Source: Sphaerodactylus townsendi (lineage: Eukaryota). Taken from it: a stretch of DNA of 64,000 bases. The notes beneath the pieces were generated by a model. The model did not search any database. It was not told the origin of the DNA and worked only from the letters and a program-made list of their open reading frames with translations. The position numbers and the translations under genes are program-made. Positions 62,830-64,000 of the stretch are shown here, piece by piece (the first letter of the stretch is position 1; the number at the start of each line of letters is the position of its first letter). The DNA is taken from contig NC_059439.1 of the NCBI RefSeq assembly GCF_021028975.2, positions 32,860,001 through 32,924,000 on the forward strand, given 5' to 3'.

Positions 62830-63560
62830 CAAGAGCATGGCTGAATACATTCAAGTATTGGATCAAATTATGTTTTAACTCTGATGTGCGCAGTTTAATA
62901 TACACTTTCTTGGCATGAAGACCTATTTGCCTCGAATGGGTATCCAACTTCTCAAATCAAAAAATTTACTCAATAGGTTTTATTACTGGAAGATCTCTGT
63001 ATGCTGACACCCAGAGATTTTCCAAACCTTGAAAAGTAGACTTCTAGAACAGGAATATCATATCTTGTTGGGGCAAACAAATAAATCATGCTCTAAGCCT
63101 CTCACAATGAATAATATCGGAACAGGGCACATAGCCAAAATATCTTGAATTATTAACTGAACCCCCTAACAGAGATGGATTATCACACAAGCGGGCCAGA
63201 TCCAATACCTTCCCATGCGGCCATTACAAAGGAGTCGTTACTTTATCCGGTCCCTCTCCAGGATCGAGGGTTTGTCCACACCTGTAAAAAATCAAAGTGG
63301 AGACTCTTGCTCACATTATTCTTGACTGTGTCCGAGATATGTGGGCATTAGAGAATTTCTCTCCCAGAGCTGGCCTCTTTAGACAAATCTGAAAGTGACT
63401 CTACGAGCTGTTCTTGTTGTGGAGCTTCTGTTAAACAACACAGAATGTCTAAATGCTCTTGGAAAAAAGCCTTAGCAAAATGTCTTTTACAAGTGACAGA
63501 ACTTTCTAAGTAGTAATGCTACTACCGCTATATAGTCTCCTGCCTCCCCTGTCTGGCGCT
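62830..63560 (+). mobile_element. Degenerate RTE-X-like LINE fragment
   Basis: Frameshifted remnants resembling the ORF2 C-terminus at 30200-30646 (VETLAHIILDC-like). Confidence 0.4.
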
Positions 63561-63629
63561 TTGAATGTACTCTTGGATTTGTATTTCCAAAAATGTCCTG
63601 GCAATGCTCCGGTAGAACTGGGGGGTAGG

Positions 63630-64000
63630 GAACCTGCGGCTCAAGAGCAGCGATCGCGCTCTTCTTGCCCGCTTACTTTCTTGACGTCTTACATGGAGCC
63701 GAGTCACTGGTAGTTTCATCCAGCACTTGCTACGCCCTGCTGCTAATCGCAGTGTCTGCCATTGGCCCTCTTCCCCTTCGCCGCCCACGTTGGAGCCGTG
63801 GGCGTGGCGCTTCCGGTTCCCGCGCCAGCAAAGGCAAACGCCCGGCTTCATCCTTGCGCCTTACCCACAGGCAGCAGGGCAGAAGCCCCAGTTCACCGTA
63901 CGCTGACCCAGCTGGGCAAGCGCCATGGAGTTTTCCCCTCTCACCCGCGCCTGTTCGAAATAGGCTGGCGCTTTCCCCGTGGGTCGGGCAAGGCCGAGGA
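63630..64000. promoter_or_regulatory. CpG-island promoter of a neighbouring gene
   Basis: Abrupt CpG/GC enrichment; tgacgt at about 63682, reverse CCAAT at about 63761, ccgccc at 63781, ETS-type cttccgg at 63810. Confidence 0.55.

Overview
Vertebrate genomic DNA, very probably a squamate reptile and likely a gecko, judging by the tRNA-derived SINE with (CTT)n tail, the CR1/L2/RTE-X/Rex1 LINE fragments, Penelope-like fragments and hAT/Harbinger/mariner MITEs. The window holds a tandem cluster of eight intact single-coding-exon pancreatic ribonuclease (RNase A superfamily) genes, numbered R1-R8 here from left to right. They fall into three groups: one divergent angiogenin-like gene (R1); three extremely Arg-rich paralogs (R2, R3, R4), arranged by inversion; and four weakly cationic paralogs (R5-R8). 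R4 has lost the second catalytic His. R2, R5, R7 and R8 carry extra Cys. Seven genes have a recognisable, homologous TATA + non-coding exon 1 + GT donor 1.0-3.0 kb upstream, with PU.1-like sites. Two truncated promoter remnants follow R8. A Penelope-like hairpin insertion with an intact minimal hammerhead ribozyme core lies between the divergent R3 and R4 promoters. A CpG-island promoter starts at the right edge. Eight N-gaps and some noisy-looking stretches limit certainty. All residue counts were done by hand, and repeat family names come from recognition, not database searches.
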